Positions 49,946 through 64,000 of a DNA stretch of 64,000 nucleotides are shown piece after piece; positions within the stretch are counted from its first letter, which is position 1, and every line of letters starts with the position of its first letter. The notes beneath the pieces were generated by a model. It made no database searches. It saw nothing but the letters and a program-made list of their open reading frames with translations, and was not told where the DNA came from. A program made the translations under genes and the position numbers. Origin of the DNA: Laetmonice hystrix (taxonomy: Eukaryota); NCBI GenBank assembly GCA_965235115.1, contig OZ249438.1:42904001-42968000 (forward strand), given 5' to 3'.

Positions 49946-51017
49946 ATGTATGCAAGTGCTACTAAACCAACAAGATGACAATACGGAGCGGCTGCAAGGA
50001 ATAATGGCCCATTTTTAGTCCATGTAATGCTTGTATTGATCCTTAATTTACTTAACCTGGAATCATGGTAATTAAATGTCTTTTTACTGTAACGCTGTAA
50101 CTGTATCATGTGATTTCTGAGGCCGATAATATGAATCGGCCATTTTGTCATTATTAGCACTGCATTGCAGTTCCTATTCATCTGTAATTTGAAAAAAGTA
50201 CGCTTTAATATCTAGATTGAGCACTTTGAAAGGGGCGTAGGGACTTTGATGCTGATTGCACAGCACTGTTGGGTTGTTCTTGTTAGGAACTGGAGAAGAA
50301 AACGCTGGTTCGTCCTCCAGTCGGCTGTGTATAGCCGGGAGATATTTTTGGACGTTCGTCCCCCACGGTAACGGTCCCACGAAAATTACGGGACGGTTTA
50401 CAGGGTTTGCGCCAGAAAATCATTTATGATAATCCATGCCTTTATACCCCACCTTGTCCAAGTTATGCAGGGGATAACACCCCCCCCCCCCATATGAAAC
50501 CCTGCTGGGTGCTGTTCCCAGCCAAAACTGAGAGATAAATAGAGCTGTTGAATTAGCTATCCTGTAAACTGAACATTTTCTGTCATGAAACTATCCAGTT
50601 TAGAGATAAAAATGGCTGTTGCTATATTTAAAAAAGAAATTGCTCTGCAGGTTGATGGGGAGGGATATCCTCCCCCCCCCCCGTTGTCCAAGTTATGCAG
50701 GGGATTTATCCCCCCCCCCCCATCCCCCCTCCCTGAAACCCTGGGGTTATGGTTATGGCCAGGGCTAGAGATAAGGAGATGTTTTTTTTCTAAATGTCTG
50801 GGTGCGGAGATTAGGGGTTTAAAGGTTTGGAACTATAACAGTTTGCGGAACCGTACCATGGTGTTTGCATTCGGTGGAAATAGACACTCACAGATTGCGG
50901 CAGCGGGAGGGGGCCTCATCAACTGCTGTCAGCAAGAACAAAGCCGGCTAAGGAGGCAATCCTGGCGTCCCGGCGGGTAGTAGGAGGGAGGTGTCTGGGA
51001 GCGGCGGCAGCTGTTGA

Positions 51018-52318
51018 TAACCATTCCTTCAACCAATACGGCTCCATTCCTTCAGCCAATCTACCCTATGACGGCTCCATTCCTTCAACCAATCTACCCT
51101 ATGACGGCTCCATCCAGTGGCGCAGGATAACCATTCCTTCAACCAATCTACCCTATGACAGCTCCATCCAGTGGCGCAGGATAACCATTCCTTCAACCAA
51201 TCTACCCTATGACGGCTCCATCCAGTGGCGCAGGGTAACCATTCCTCCAACCAATCTACCCTATGACGGCTCCATCCAGTGGCTGTTGATAACCATTCCT
51301 TCAACCAATCTACCCTATGACGGCTCCATCCAGTGGCGGACGATAACCATTCCCTCAACCAATCTACCCTATGACGGCTCCATCCAGTGGCTGTTGATAA
51401 CCATTCCTTCAACCAATCTACCCTATGACAGCTCCATCCAGTGGCGCAGGATACCGGTAACCATTCCTTCAACCAATCTACCCTATGACGGCTCCATCCA
51501 GTGGCGCAGGGTAACCATTCCTTCAACCAATCTACCCTATGACGGCTCCATCCAGTGGCGGACGATAACCATTCCTTTAACCAATCTACCCTATGACAGC
51601 TCCATCCAGTGGCGCAGGATAACCATTCCTTCAACCAATCTACCCTATGACGGCTCCATCCAGTGGCGGAGGATAACCATTCCTTCAACCAATCTACCCT
51701 ATGACAGCTCCATCCAGTGGCGCAGGGTAACCATTCCTTCAACCAATCTACCCTATGACGGCTCCATCCAGTGGCGCAGGATAACCATTCCTTCAACCAA
51801 TCTACCCTATGACGGCTCCATCCAGTGGCGGAGGATAACCATTCCTTCAACCAATCTACCCTATGACAGCTCCATCCAGTGGCGCAGGGTAACCATTCCT
51901 TCAACCAATCTACCCTATGACGGCTCCATCCAGTGGCGCAGGATTTATATAACCATTCCTTCAACCAATCTACTGCTCCATCCAGTGGCGAGGGATAACC
52001 ATTCCTTCAACCAATCTACCCTATGACGGCTCCATCCAGTGGCGGAGGATAACCATTCCTTCAACCAATCTACCCTATGACAGCTCCATCCAGTGGCGCA
52101 GGGTAACCATTCCTTCAACCAATCTACCCTATGACGGCTCCATCCAGTGGCGCAGGATTTATATAACCATTCCTTCAACCAATCTACCCTATGACGGCTC
52201 CATCCAGGGGCGGAGGATAACCATTCCTTCAACCAATCTACCTATGACAGCTCCATCCAGTGGCGCAGGGTAACCATTCCTTCAACCAATCTACCCTAAG
52301 ACGGCTCCATCCAGTGGC
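51018..52318. repeat. Minisatellite, 54-bp unit, about 24 copies
   Basis: ataaccattccttcaaccaatctaccctatgacggctccatccagtggcgcagg. Confidence 0.97.
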
Positions 52319-53441
52319 GGATGATGGCTTGTATTTTACACATTACATGACGTCCTCGCCAACAAAACAGGAATGCAAAATCTCTGCTTGTAACGTCGGA
52401 ATATTATGAGGAAGAATACTGCAGAGTTGGCCTTACTCAGAACATACATTTGTAAATTATTTTTATACATACATGTGTCATGATGTCTGTACTACATTTC
52501 TGGTTCTAAAGGTTATTGGAAGATATGTGGCGGAATTGAATGCTTTCTGCATATCTCTGTTAATTAAGTAAAGCTGTGTTAACTGCTGCATTAACTAAAC
52601 CCGCGTTCACTCTCTTTTAAACTGGGTAAAGCTCTGTTAACTAAGTTTAACTAAGTAAAGCTGCATTAATTTAGTAAAGCACCGTTAATTTAGTAAAGCT
52701 GTGTTAACTAAGTAAAGCTGTGTTAACTAAGTATATAGCTGCATTTTATGACTGAGTAAAGCTAGGTAAACTAATTATACTCAAGGAAACTTGACAAACT
52801 TCAAACAAAACAGAGACGGCTGAGAATTGCCATCAAGCATTTATAAATAATTATTCTTCATTCACCTTAAAGACAACCAATAGTCTGCTGAAGAATGGGA
52901 TTTTGTAAAAGAGAAGATAATTCTCACCCGTGTTTGAAACACTGTGTGTGATGTAACCGGGAGCCGGACACATCAACAATCAATTCACAATTTCAGATTT
53001 GAAAGTCGATCAATTTGATGTGGGATGGTAATTCCGGCATTATGACTTTTTAATTAGTGAACAATAGTAAAAAGGAGCGGAACATTGGTGATAATTACCT
53101 GCTTCGGTGTGATTAAAATTAAAACCAACGCTGGACTCATCACACTCAGTCACTGGCCGGGGGGGGGGGGTATGAGGGATGGGAAGGGGTGGGGGTTCTG
53201 GAGATCATGGGAGGGGTGTCTTGTTAGCTGTTGTCATAGTTGTTATGAGGAGTGGGGAGGGGTGTGTTGTAAACCACTGTCACATGGTTGTCATTATGAG
53301 AGGTGGGGAGGGCTGGGGTTGTTGAGATCCGGAGACGCTGTCACAGGTGGTCATTAGGAGGTGGTCATTAGGATTGCTCCGGAGTTGTCCTCAGCCCACG
53401 TTGGAGGAGGTGGGTAGGGGCGGCATTAGAAGGGTCGGGAC

Positions 53442-53593
53442 NNNNNNNNNNNNNNNNNNNNNNNNNNNNNNNNNNNNNNNNNNNNNNNNNNNNNNNNNNN
53501 NNNNNNNNNNNNNNNNNNNNNNNNNNNNNNNNNNNNNNNNNNNNNNNNNNNNNNNNNNNNNNNNNNNNNNNNNNNNNNNNNNNNNNNNNNNNN
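53442..53593. other. Assembly gap (152 N)
   Basis: Run of N. Confidence 1.
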
Positions 53594-53609
53594 CTCTGGC
53601 ATTTATTCA

Positions 53610-53975
53610 CAGGGTTCCCACGCGTCCTGGAAATCCTGGAAAAAAACACTGTCATGGAAAGTCATAGAAAAGTCATGGAAAAGTGTAATTTTTCAAAAAG
53701 TCATGGAAAGGTGAAATGCAAGGCAAAAAGTCATGAAATTGATGATCATGTGGCATCATATTCTCACGTACTTTGTTGTCCCTGGCTATGCCAGTCTTCC
53801 AACCGTTTTCAGGTCTGCATTTATTCAATTTTTCCCGATAGTTTGTGTGGTGTCTTGTCGTAATCATTCTCCCATGATGATTTTTGTCATGTTCAAAAGT
53901 GGAAGTCATGGAAAATAGATCATTCATCATGGAAAAGTCATGGAATTGATTTATCAGATTTCTGTGGGAACCCTG
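53610..53975. mobile_element. hAT-like MITE with 6-bp TSD
   Basis: TIR cagggttcccac / gtgggaaccctg, subterminal gtcatggaaa repeats, TATTCA at 53604-53609 and 53976-53981. Confidence 0.8.
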
Positions 53976-54258
53976 TATTCAGAATTCATGGCCTCAGTAA
54001 CGGTTGTGGGGTGGGGTTGGGGTTGGGGTTGGGGGTGAGTTGGCCATTGTGTGGGGGCTGATAGAGTGGACGGCGGCGTCTGATAGACCAGCGTGTAGAT
54101 ATATTGGGTCAGAGTGGCTGGTAATTCCCTGGTTGAGCCGACTCAATGATTGATCCGTTGTTATTCTGTTCACTTCACCTACCGGCAGAGGTAAATGAGA
54201 CAAATGGCGACTCTCCCGGCAGCACGGCAGGTCAAATGGTGACTCTCCCGGCAGCACG

Positions 54259-54750
54259 GTAGGTGAGCTCAGCAATTGGATTATAGCCATGGTGTTCGCG
54301 GTGAGACCTCAATATGTGCGTGGTTGTAGGTGAGCTCAGGAATTGGAGCCATGGTGTTCGCGGTGAGACCTCAATATGTGCGTGGTTGTAGGTGAGCTCA
54401 GGAATTGGAGCCATGGTGTTCGCGGTGAGACCTCACTATGTGCGTGGTTGTAGGTGAGCTCAGGAATTGGAGCCATGGTGTTCGCGGTGAGACCTCACTA
54501 TGTGCGTGGTTGTAGGTGAGCTCAGGAATTGGAGCCATGGTGTTTGCGGTGAGACCTCAATATGTGCGTGGTTGTAGGTGAGCTCAGGAATTAGATTATA
54601 GCCATGGTGTCCGCGGTGAGACCTCAATATGTGCGTGGTTGTAGGTGAAGTCCGCGGTGAGACCTCAATATGTGCGTGGTTGTAGGTGAGCTCAGGAATT
54701 GGATTATGGCCATGGTGTCCGCGGTGAGACCTCAATATGTGCGTGGTTGT
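54259..54750. repeat. Minisatellite, about 62-bp unit, about 8 copies
   Basis: gtaggtgagctcaggaattggagccatggtgttcgcggtgagacctcaatatgtgcgtggtt. Confidence 0.95.
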
Positions 54751-55374
54751 CGAATAGAAACTAAGAGCTGTGTTTCTCTTCCTGATGTCATGTCGATGGC
54801 TGTAGGGCATGTTTCAAAACCTCCTTAATAACCCTCAACAAAGACCTGAATATGAAATAGTTCTGTGTGCTTAAGTAAGGATTTTGTGGTATTATTTCCT
54901 TTCTCATTAGAATTCCGTCGTCCCTTTTGTTTTATCGTTTGGCCTTTATCGCGTACAGGTAGGGGGTACCCTGGTGGTTTGTTGGAAACCAGATACCTTC
55001 AGGCCTGGGGCTGGTTGAAGAGGCTGGTCTGGACGCAGGGGTGCGGGGTGGGGAGGGGGGAGGACTTAATCCCCCCACCCTGCCAGAGAAAGTCCGGGGG
55101 TATCAACTTGTTATGAATGAAGAAATAGCTTCGTTAGGACAAAAGTGTTACGTCACCGTGGCGAGGCTTCACCGATTGGCTTTATAAACAGAAAGCCAAC
55201 CGGGGGTGGGGGGTTTCTAAGCCGTCACCGGTCCAGAACGGGTGGAGTTTGCCCTAACCCCCTGCAGGGTCGCTCCCGGGGGTAACAGTGGACGCAGGGG
55301 GTGGGGATCAGGGTCAGGGTTGGTTTTGTTAAGTGGCAGGGGTCGAAATTTGGTCAAGTATTTTCTAGGTCTTG

Positions 55375-55938
55375 GATCAAAAGTGGGTCATGGTTATATT
55401 GTAGGTCCTAAAGGTTTCTTGATCTGGGATCAAAAGTGGGTCATGGTTATATTGTAGGTCCTAAAGGTTTCTTGATCTGGGATCAAAAGTGGGTCATGGT
55501 TATATTGTAGGTCCTAAAGGTTTCTTGATCTGGGATCAAAAGTGGGTCATGGTTATATTATAGGTCCTAAAGGTTTCTAGATCTGGGATCAAAAGTGGGT
55601 CATGGTTTTATTATAGGTCCTCAAGGTTTCTAGATCTGGGATCAAAAGTGGGTCATGGTTATATTGTAGGTCCTAAAGGTTTCTTGATCTGGGGTCAAAA
55701 GTGGGTCATGGTTATATTGTAGGTCCTAAAGGTTTCTAGATCTGGGATCAAAAGTGGGTCATGGTTATATTGTAGGTCCTAAAGGTTTCTTGATCTGGGA
55801 TCAAAAGTGGGTCATGGCTATATTGTAGGTCCTAAAGGTTTCTAGATCTGGGATCAAAAGTGGGTCATGGTTATATTGTAGGTCCTAAAGGTTTCTAGAT
55901 CTGGGATCAAAAGTGGGTCATGGTTATATTGTAGGTCC
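55375..55938. repeat. Minisatellite, 53-bp unit, about 10.5 copies
   Basis: gatcaaaagtgggtcatggttatattgtaggtcctaaaggtttcttgatctgg. Confidence 0.95.
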
Positions 55939-57269
55939 CAAACTGAAACTGTGTGGTGGGCGGTCTTAGCACGGCAGTGGTCACACGTCCTACCCACTGG
56001 CGGATATATAATATTTAAAGAGTTTTTGTTACATGACAGAGCCGTGACTGCGTACAGTAGGCCAGCAGAGCCAGTGGGTTGAGGATCGGTGAACTGAGCC
56101 GGTCAGTAGGGCCATGTAGGCCACCCCCACCTCTTCACACAGTGAGGGAGGGAAGCCGAGTGGTGTCATTAGGGGCTGAGAGCCTGGGGCAGTCGGGCCC
56201 CAACCTCACTGCCACCGCCCCCAGTCCCAGCGAGTGACCACGCCTGGCGGGCCGTGCCGTCAGTCAGACCATAGAGTCTATGGTCAGACAGACCAGCGCA
56301 CCGTGTACGGACCACTGACTGGACTGACCGGGTGAGGGATGCTACCCCAGCCTCCCACGGTGGGGTACGCTACACACGGAGGGTGACAGGGCACGTGTGT
56401 TACCTGGTCAGGTGCGAGGGTAGCGGGTAGTGTGGGACTGCTCCCTGAGATAGCTCGCTCTGACAACCACAGTACAACCACAACCACCGCACCACAACCA
56501 GCAGGCCTGCCACCACCTCCCACCGTAACCAACTACCCACCCACGTACGGCCACATCCGTGTCGGTTTAACCAACGTTGGTTAAACACACACCTGGATCT
56601 AAACCACCAAGTTATGATTGGACTAGCAGCGACAGGTGAGAGAGAGAGGAACGCTCAGGTGAGTCAGGGGTTGTCTACTCGGCGTCCCTACCCGCGGCTC
56701 TGAGACCGTGGGAACCGTGACTGGAGTCGTATGTTTTGTGTGTATACCAGTTGGGTTCTACCGGCTTCCATCCCCCCTCTCCGTACGACCAGCCGTCTCC
56801 ATCCATGACTACTGATATAGCAGGGACCATGTACAGTACAGACCCCCATCTTCAGCACCCTCAGTCTCAGCCAAGGGTGCAGGGTGAACCAGGACTGTGG
56901 CCCAGTCTCCCACACCCAGTCTCCCCCTCTCAAGGCCGTCACCCTGCAGTGTGGAATGTTGTTGTTATGCTGAGCTCGGCCACTCTCGAGGTACCTGGGT
57001 GCAAACTGGGTCATATGTTAACCTAGTGCGAATTGAGGACTGTGTTAACTTAACCTAGATTTAGGTAGGCCGACCACTGGGGTGGGGTGGTGGGGGAGGG
57101 GGGGGGGGTAGTTAGTGGTTGGTAAGGGTTGTATGCGGCAGGCTGAGGGGAGACGGCCTTCAACAGCTCAGTCATTGATTTCTTGGGATCGTGGTACGTA
57201 GGCATCAGTCACAGACCGGCGATCACCTGGGGCTGTAGCAACAGTCGGCAGTCAGCCTGCCGGTCTGTG

Positions 57270-57620
57270 ACTCACTCACTCACTCTGTCTCTCTCTCTCA
57301 GTCAATCTCTCTATCTCGGCCTCTCTCAATCACTGTCTGTCTATCTCAATCTCACTCCCACTCACTCTCTGTCTCTCCCACTGTCTGTCTCAATCACTCT
57401 GTCTCTCTCTCAGTCAATCTCTCTATCTCGGTCTATCTCAATCACTCGCTGTCTATCTCAATCTCACTCTCACTCACTCTCTGTCTCTCTCGCTGTCTGT
57501 CTCAATCACTCTGTCTCTCTGCTTCTGTCCCCGTCCCTCAGTCCCAGTCCCTCTCTGTCCCTGTCCCCCTCTGTCCCTGTCCCCATCTGTCCCTGTCCCT
57601 CTCAATCACTCAGTCTGTCA
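57270..57620. repeat. CT-rich low-complexity tract
   Basis: Degenerate ctctctctcaatcact and ctgtccc repeats. Confidence 0.85.
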
Positions 57621-59078
57621 CTGACGCTAAATAACCCTTTCTCTTTCCGGACTTTCTGAAAATGAGTTGGGTTACGCCTGATGCTCGTCTTCCTATAAAA
57701 AGTTACTCACTACCTGTGATCCTTGGGCTGAAGAAGACACGCTTCGTATGCGACCAGGTCATAGCTGTCACGGAAACCGGGAAAGGGGTAATAATCATAG
57801 GCCACTCTGCCCCTTTACCCAGGGTGGGGGAATGTAGACCACACTCTGCCCCGTACTCAGGGTGGGGTATTGTAGATCTGGTGTTAGTCCACCGTTACCT
57901 GTAGCACAGGGTAATGGACCCTCTCAGTTAGTCTAGATACCGTTACCTGTACCACAGGGTAATGGACCCTCTCAGTTAGTACCCCGGTAGTCTACCCATT
58001 ACCTGTACCGTTAATCACACCTGTCACAACATGATCACCTGGCTGAGACGACTTGTGTGCCCCCTGATAACACTGGAGGCGTCAACCTAAGGTGTGTTGA
58101 GGTGAGGGTACAATGATCTGGGTTTGACGGAAACCACGTAAATGCGGCAACCCAAGCTGTGGCTGGATCTGCCAACCCTTCGGGGCTAATTGTAATTAGA
58201 TTCACACGATTACCATGGTTACCGCCACGGCCTGTTTGTGGACCCAGAGGTCAAGGGGTCAAGTCTCCATTCCTCGTGTGGTTTCCATGGAGACATTCGT
58301 CACAAGAAAAACTCCAAGATTCGGAGATAAAGGCTAAGGATTAATAGTAATACTGTGAGTGTGTGGTATTTTTTTTAAATGAGGGAATAAAGTTATTTAC
58401 TACCCAGAGTAGAGTAGCATTCGACCTAGACACAAGAGTTTTGCTCACCTGAAACACCCACCCGCCTCAACACAACCAGTGCCCACACATAGAGTCGACC
58501 TCTGACTGCCCAGAGGCAACACCTGCCCCCCCCCCCCCACCGGCTGACCTTGAGGCGTCTCGATCAAGGTCAAGGGCGCACACAGAATGACAAATACCGG
58601 CCCGAGTGGCTAAACTTGCAATAACGTGGCGTAATTTTAGTCTGATTTAAACTTTCATGAAGCGCTTTTAAAACTCATTTTCTCCATTTGAGCGGTGCAG
58701 GGGCGGAACTTTGTGTAAATCCTTGCAAACACCTTGCAAACAATGCCATGTGGCTGTTCTCACGAGGTGGGAACTAAGCCATGTTTGTGTCACCTGGAAG
58801 CAGCAGTCAGGAACCAACAAATCACGTGTCAGTAAAACGTTTTCAGGAGTTGAGAACGGTGGGGCTGTGTCCATTGCCAGGAGGAGCCAATACATTTACA
58901 GGCATGGGAATGGGTCCAGCAATAGGCCATTAACACGTGTGTGGGTGTGACAGTGGCAACATGAGACGAATCTCGGCACAGAGTCGGGAGTGGTCGTTCT
59001 GATTACCTGAGCAGTATCAAGTGTACCACCACAATCTACAGCACTTGGCAGCATGCCCCTTGTCTCCGACATCCGCCA

Positions 59079-59925
59079 GTAATGAGGCTGTACGATCAGC
59101 CAAGTCCCTTACAGAAGGCAGGCGTTAGTGATGAGGCTGTACGATCAGCCAAGTCCCTTACAGAAGGCAGACGTCAGTGATGAGGCTGTACGATCAGCCA
59201 AGTCCCTTACAGAAGGCAGACGTCAGTGATGAGGCTGTACGATCAGCCAAGTCCCTTACAGAAGACAGACGTCAGTGATGAGGCTGTACGATCAGCCAAG
59301 TCCCTTACAGAAGACAGACGTCAGTGATGAGGCTGTACGATAGCCAAGTCCCTTACAGAAGGCAGTCAGTGATGAGGCTGTACGATCAGCCAAGTCCCTT
59401 ACAGAAGGCAGTCAGTGATGAGGCTGTACGATCAGCCAAGTCCCTTACAGAAGGCAGTCAGTGATGAGGCTGTCCGATCAGCCAAGTCCCTTACAGAAGG
59501 CAGTCAGTGATGAGGCTGTACGATCAGCCAAGTCCCTTACAGAAGGCAGTCAGTGATGAGGCTGTACGATCAGCCAAGTCCCTTACAGAAGGCAGACGTC
59601 AGTGATGAGGCTGTACGATCAGCCAAGTCCCTTACAGAAGGCAGTCAGTGATGAGGCTGTGCGATCAGCCAAGTCCCTTACAGAAGGCAGACGTCAGTGA
59701 TGAGGCTGTACGATCAGCCAAGTCCCTTACAGAAGGCAGTCAGTGATGAGGCTGTACGATCAGCCAAGTCCCTTACAGAAGGCAGTCAGTAATGAGGCTG
59801 TACGATCAGCCAAGTCCCTTACAGAAGGCAGACGTCAGTGATGAGGCTGTACGATCAGCCAAGTCCCTTACAGAAGGCAGTCAGTGATGAGGCTGTACGA
59901 TCAGCCAAGTCCCTTACAGAAGCGA
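59079..59925. repeat. Minisatellite, 46/49-bp units, about 18 copies
   Basis: gtgatgaggctgtacgatcagccaagtcccttacagaaggcag(acg)tca. Confidence 0.97.
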
Positions 59926-60826
59926 AGGCAGACGTGAAATGGTTGTGGTCTACCGTCCCTGTGGTTTTCTTTATCCCCTGATGTGGGAGTCAATTATCAT
60001 CTTTCTATTAAACAAACATGACGTGTGAGTGGGACGTGATTACGTACCGCTGTCTCAGATTCTGTTAGCGACCACGTGGGGGTTGACATGTGATGTTGGA
60101 GTGCGTAGTGTGGCCACTGATGCTGATAATTGTAAAAACATATTCATATTAAAAAGTGCCGACTTTTGATATCGTAGGGCCAGGTTAAGGGACGATATAA
60201 TTAGCGATATAATTAACGGCACTCGCTGATAGCGATATAATTAACGAACGTCCACATTCGCTCCGATATCAGTTACTATATTGTTACTAACGATCACTTG
60301 GCGCAGACAAAAAAACACTGACGAGAGGTTCTCATCGGACCGCTACACATGTATGTAACAGCCGGTTTGTTTGACCGCTACATGTAACAGCCGGTTTGTT
60401 TGACCGCTACATGTAACAGCCGGTCTGTTTGACCGCTACATGTAACAGCCGATTTGTTTGAAGGTTGCTTAAATGCCCTTCAGAATGATTTGTTTGTAAG
60501 ATTACAATATTGAGAGATTCGAAAGTTGACTAAGTACCAAGGAAAACGGTAAAGAGTTAAATGCCTTTCTCAGCGTGTCGCATATAATTTATTAAAATAC
60601 GATGCAGGTATCATGGTGATCTTAAAATAAATTAAATGAATAACACCATGAAGTAGATTGCAATAACGAATGTTATTGACAACGATTTTTGGTTTGTTTT
60701 CGTTAGAATTACTCGGACAACTTTATTAAATTTAAAAGTGTTTTCTTTAATGGAAAAAATAGGAGAAGAAAAAGTCGGTATTGTGATTTGTTCATGTCGC
60801 TTTGGATGAGATTGAGGAGGCAATAA

Positions 60827-61273
60827 ATGGATTAGTGGGGAGTTGGCTGTTGACATGGATTAGTGGGGAGTTGGCTGTTGACATGGATTAGTGGGGAGTT
60901 GGCTGTTGACATGGATTAGTGGGGAGTTGGCTGTTGACATGGATTAGTGGGGAGTTAGCTGTTGACATGGATTAGTGGGGAGTTGGCTGTTGGCATGGAT
61001 TAGTGGGGAGTTGGCTGTTGACATGGATTAGTGGGGAGTTGGCTGTTGACATGGATTAGTGGGAGTTGGCTGTTGACATGGATTAGTGGGGAGTTGGCTG
61101 TTGACATGGATTAGTGGGGAGTTGGCTGTTGACATGGATTAGTGGGGAGTTGGCTGTTGACATGGATTAGTGGGGAGTTGGCTGTTGACATGGATTAGTG
61201 GGGAGTTGGCTGTTGACATGGATTAGTGGGGAGTTGGCTGTTGACATGGATTAGTGGGGAGTTGGATGTTGAC
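60827..61273. repeat. Minisatellite, 28-bp unit, 16 copies
   Basis: atggattagtggggagttggctgttgac. Confidence 0.97.
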
Positions 61274-61390
61274 TTGGGCTGATTGCCTGGTACATGTAGT
61301 GGGGCCGGAGAAGTAGTGGTGATGAGGGGGGAGGGGCACACAGAGATCGCCTTTTGTTTCACCTTTCAGTGAAATAATTGTATTCCTATC

Positions 61391-61810
61391 TGACTGGAGG
61401 CGAGCCAGTCAAACCATGTCCCTGACTGGAGGCGAGCCAGTCAAACCCTGTCCCTGACTGGAGGCGAGCCAGTCAAACCCTGTCCCTGACTGGAGACGAG
61501 CCAGTCAAACCCTGTCCCTGACTGGAGGCGAGCCTGTCCCTGACTGGAGACGAGCCTGTCCCTGACTGGAGACGAGCCAGTCAAACCCTGTCCCTGACTG
61601 GAGACGAGCCAGTCAAACCCTGTCCCTGACTGGAGGCGAGCCAGTCAAACCCTGTCCCTGACTGGAGACGAGCCTGTCCCTGACTGGAGACGAGCCAGTC
61701 AAACCCTGTCCCTGACTGGAGACGAGCCAGTCAAGCCATGTCCCTGACTGGAGGCGAGCCAGTCAAACCCTGTCCCTGACTGGAGACGAGCCAGTCAAGC
61801 CATGTCCCTG
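61391..61810. repeat. Minisatellite, 32-bp unit with shorter deletion variants, about 14 copies
   Basis: ccctgactggaggcgagccagtcaaaccctgt; each full unit holds a gactgg..ccagtc hairpin. Confidence 0.95.
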
Positions 61811-62334
61811 GTTTTAATATTGAAGGTGGAGAGTGGCCCAATTAAGTCCTCTCACGGGGTCACTGCAGGTCACCTTGAGTGACGGTTGTGGTATTTCACT
61901 ACCTCTGACCTTTGTTTACCAGTAGTGCAGAGGTCTGCGGTGTGGAAGGTAGAAATGGGTAAAAATATAGGTCAGTTTATTAAAAGTAGGTCAATGTATT
62001 ACAAACCGAAGTGTTCAGTGTTGGAAACCGCCGCCAGGTGTGAGAGGTTGGCGGCGTGTGTGACCTCTCACCTCTGACCTTTGAACCTGGCACGATCTGA
62101 CTCAGCGAGTCGGACAGGTGAGAGGAGAAGGGGCCTCAGGTATGTGAGGTGTATCAGGTATTCAGAACACCTGTAGGATGGAGATGAGGCAACATCTGAG
62201 CAGGTGTGTGATAGACTCACCTGTTGTGTGATAGAATCACCTGTTGTGTGATAGAATCACCTGTTGTGCCATAGTATAGACATGTATATGTTGTGCCATT
62301 TTCAGCACCTTCAATTAACACCTGCGTAAGAGTA

Positions 62335-62482
62335 GGAGTTCGCTCCGATGTCGGGATTCCTCCTATCTCATCATCACCACCCACTAGATCTCACCGACTG
62401 AGTTTGTTGCCCTGTTCTCTCCCTGAAATAGCTGAAACACTGCTGACTGGGCGTTAAACACCAACTACTCACTCACTCATTC
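62335..62482 (+). mobile_element. 5'-truncated SINE 3' end
   Basis: gaaatagctgaaacactgctga..ggcgttaaacaccaactactcactcactc resembles Meta-type SINE tails and the 3' end of the 3965 copy. Confidence 0.5.
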
Positions 62483-62736
62483 ACCACCTGCGTTTTAATG
62501 TAAACAATGTAGATCTATTTGTTTTGAAATAAGATTTGACCCGAGGTTTGTCTGACTGGCAGCTACATTGAAAGATGACACCGGGTCACAGACCTGTAGT
62601 TGTACAACAGTTCTCGGAGCTGTCACAGTGCATACAGGCTCGGTGATGAGAAATGTCAGGTGTTACGATAATTCAGTAATAATATCATATGAAGGAACCG
62701 CTAGGGTGACATCGCATTCACTACTGCCACATGTCA

Positions 62737-64000
62737 TCAGGTACCTACATCTCTTACAATCCGCCCTCCTCATACTGACTGGTAATCATCTGGTTTCTAC
62801 ATCTCTTACAATACAATCCGCCCTCCTCATACTGACTGGTAATCATCTGGTACCTACATCTCTTACAATCCGCCCTCCTCATACTGACTGGTAATCATCT
62901 GGTTCCTACATCTCTTACAATCCGCCCTCCTCATACTGACTGGTAATCATCTGGTTCCTACATCTCTTACAATCCGCCCTCCTCATACTGACTGGTAATC
63001 ATCTGGTTCCTACATCTCTTACAATCCGCCCTCCTCATACTGACTGGTAATCATCTGGTACCTACATCTCTTACAATCCGCCCTCCTCCTCATACTGACT
63101 GGTAATCAGCTGGTTCCTACATCTCTTACAATCCGCCCTCCTCATACTGACTGGTAATCATCTGGTACCTACATCTCTTACAATCCGCCCTCCTCATACT
63201 GACTGGTAATCACCTGGTTCCTACATCTCTTACAATCCGCCCTCCTCATACTGACTGGTAATCACCTGGTTCCTACATCTCTTACAATCCACCCTCCTCC
63301 TCATACTGACTGGTAATCACCTGGTTCCTACATCTCTTACAATCCGCCCTCCTCATACTGACTGGTAATCACCTGGTTCCTACATCTCTTACAATCCGCC
63401 CTCCTCCTCATACTGACTGGTAATCACCTGGTTCCTACATCTCTTACAATCCGCCCTCCTCATACTGACTGGTAATCAGCTGGTTCCTACATCTCTTACA
63501 ATCCGCCCTCCTCATACTGACTGGTAATCATCTGGTTCCTACATCTCTTACAATCCGCCCTCCTCATACTGACTGGTAATCATCTGGTACCTACATCTCT
63601 TACAATCCGCCCTCCTCCTCATACTGACTGGTAATCAGCTGGTTCCTACATCTCTTACAATCCGCCCTCCTCATACTGACTGGTAATCATCTGGTACCTA
63701 CATCTCTTACAATCCGCCCTCCTCATACTGACTGGTAATCACCTGGTTCCTACATCTCTTACAATCCGCCCTCCTCCTCATACTGACTGGTAATCACCTG
63801 GTTCCTACATCTCTTACAATCCGCCCTCCTCATACTGACTGGTAATCAGCTGGTTCCTACATCTCTTACAATCCGCCCTCCTCATACTGACTGGTAATCA
63901 CCTGGTTCCTACATCTCTTACAATCCGCCCTCCTCCTCATACTGACTGGTAATCATCTGGTTCCTACATCTCTTACAATCCGCCCTCCTCATACTGACTG
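62737..64000. repeat. Minisatellite, 52/55-bp units, about 24 copies, runs off the window
   Basis: ctacatctcttacaatccgccctc(ctc)ctcatactgactggtaatcatctggttc. Confidence 0.97.

Noticed and set aside
51029-52232. 311, 246 and 95 aa repeat ORFs
   Set aside because: Products of the 54-bp array, with no unique domain or splice context.
53347-53667. ORFs spanning the N run
   Set aside because: Artefacts of the assembly gap.

Overview
Eukaryotic (animal) genomic DNA with GT-AG introns and no prokaryotic features. A Meta/V-type tRNA-SINE and the transposon types suggest a marine invertebrate, probably a lophotrochozoan (inference). Three spliced genes can be built by hand with consistent exon phases: MRPL48 (minus, 472-3106), MEA1 (plus, 4930-6072, head-to-head with MRPL48) and a PP2A B56 delta/gamma-type regulatory subunit (PPP2R5D-like, plus, 15 coding exons, 8769-32341). 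A fourth plus-strand transcription unit appears to start near 37.25 kb, but its protein cannot be identified. The rest is about 25 unrelated minisatellite arrays (roughly 14 kb), non-autonomous DNA transposons (Kolobok-like, hAT-like, TA-TSD), SINEs and one assembly gap. Most long ORFs in the track are tandem-repeat artefacts. Best leads: (1) a 20-bp minisatellite that is an 18-copy array of CTCF-like motifs just before the first constant B56 exon, facing reverse motifs past the 3' end; (2) two candidate alternative first exons in the 13.5-kb B56 intron 3; (3) MEA1-B56 adjacency as in human 6p21. All homology calls are from remembered protein sequences, not database searches.
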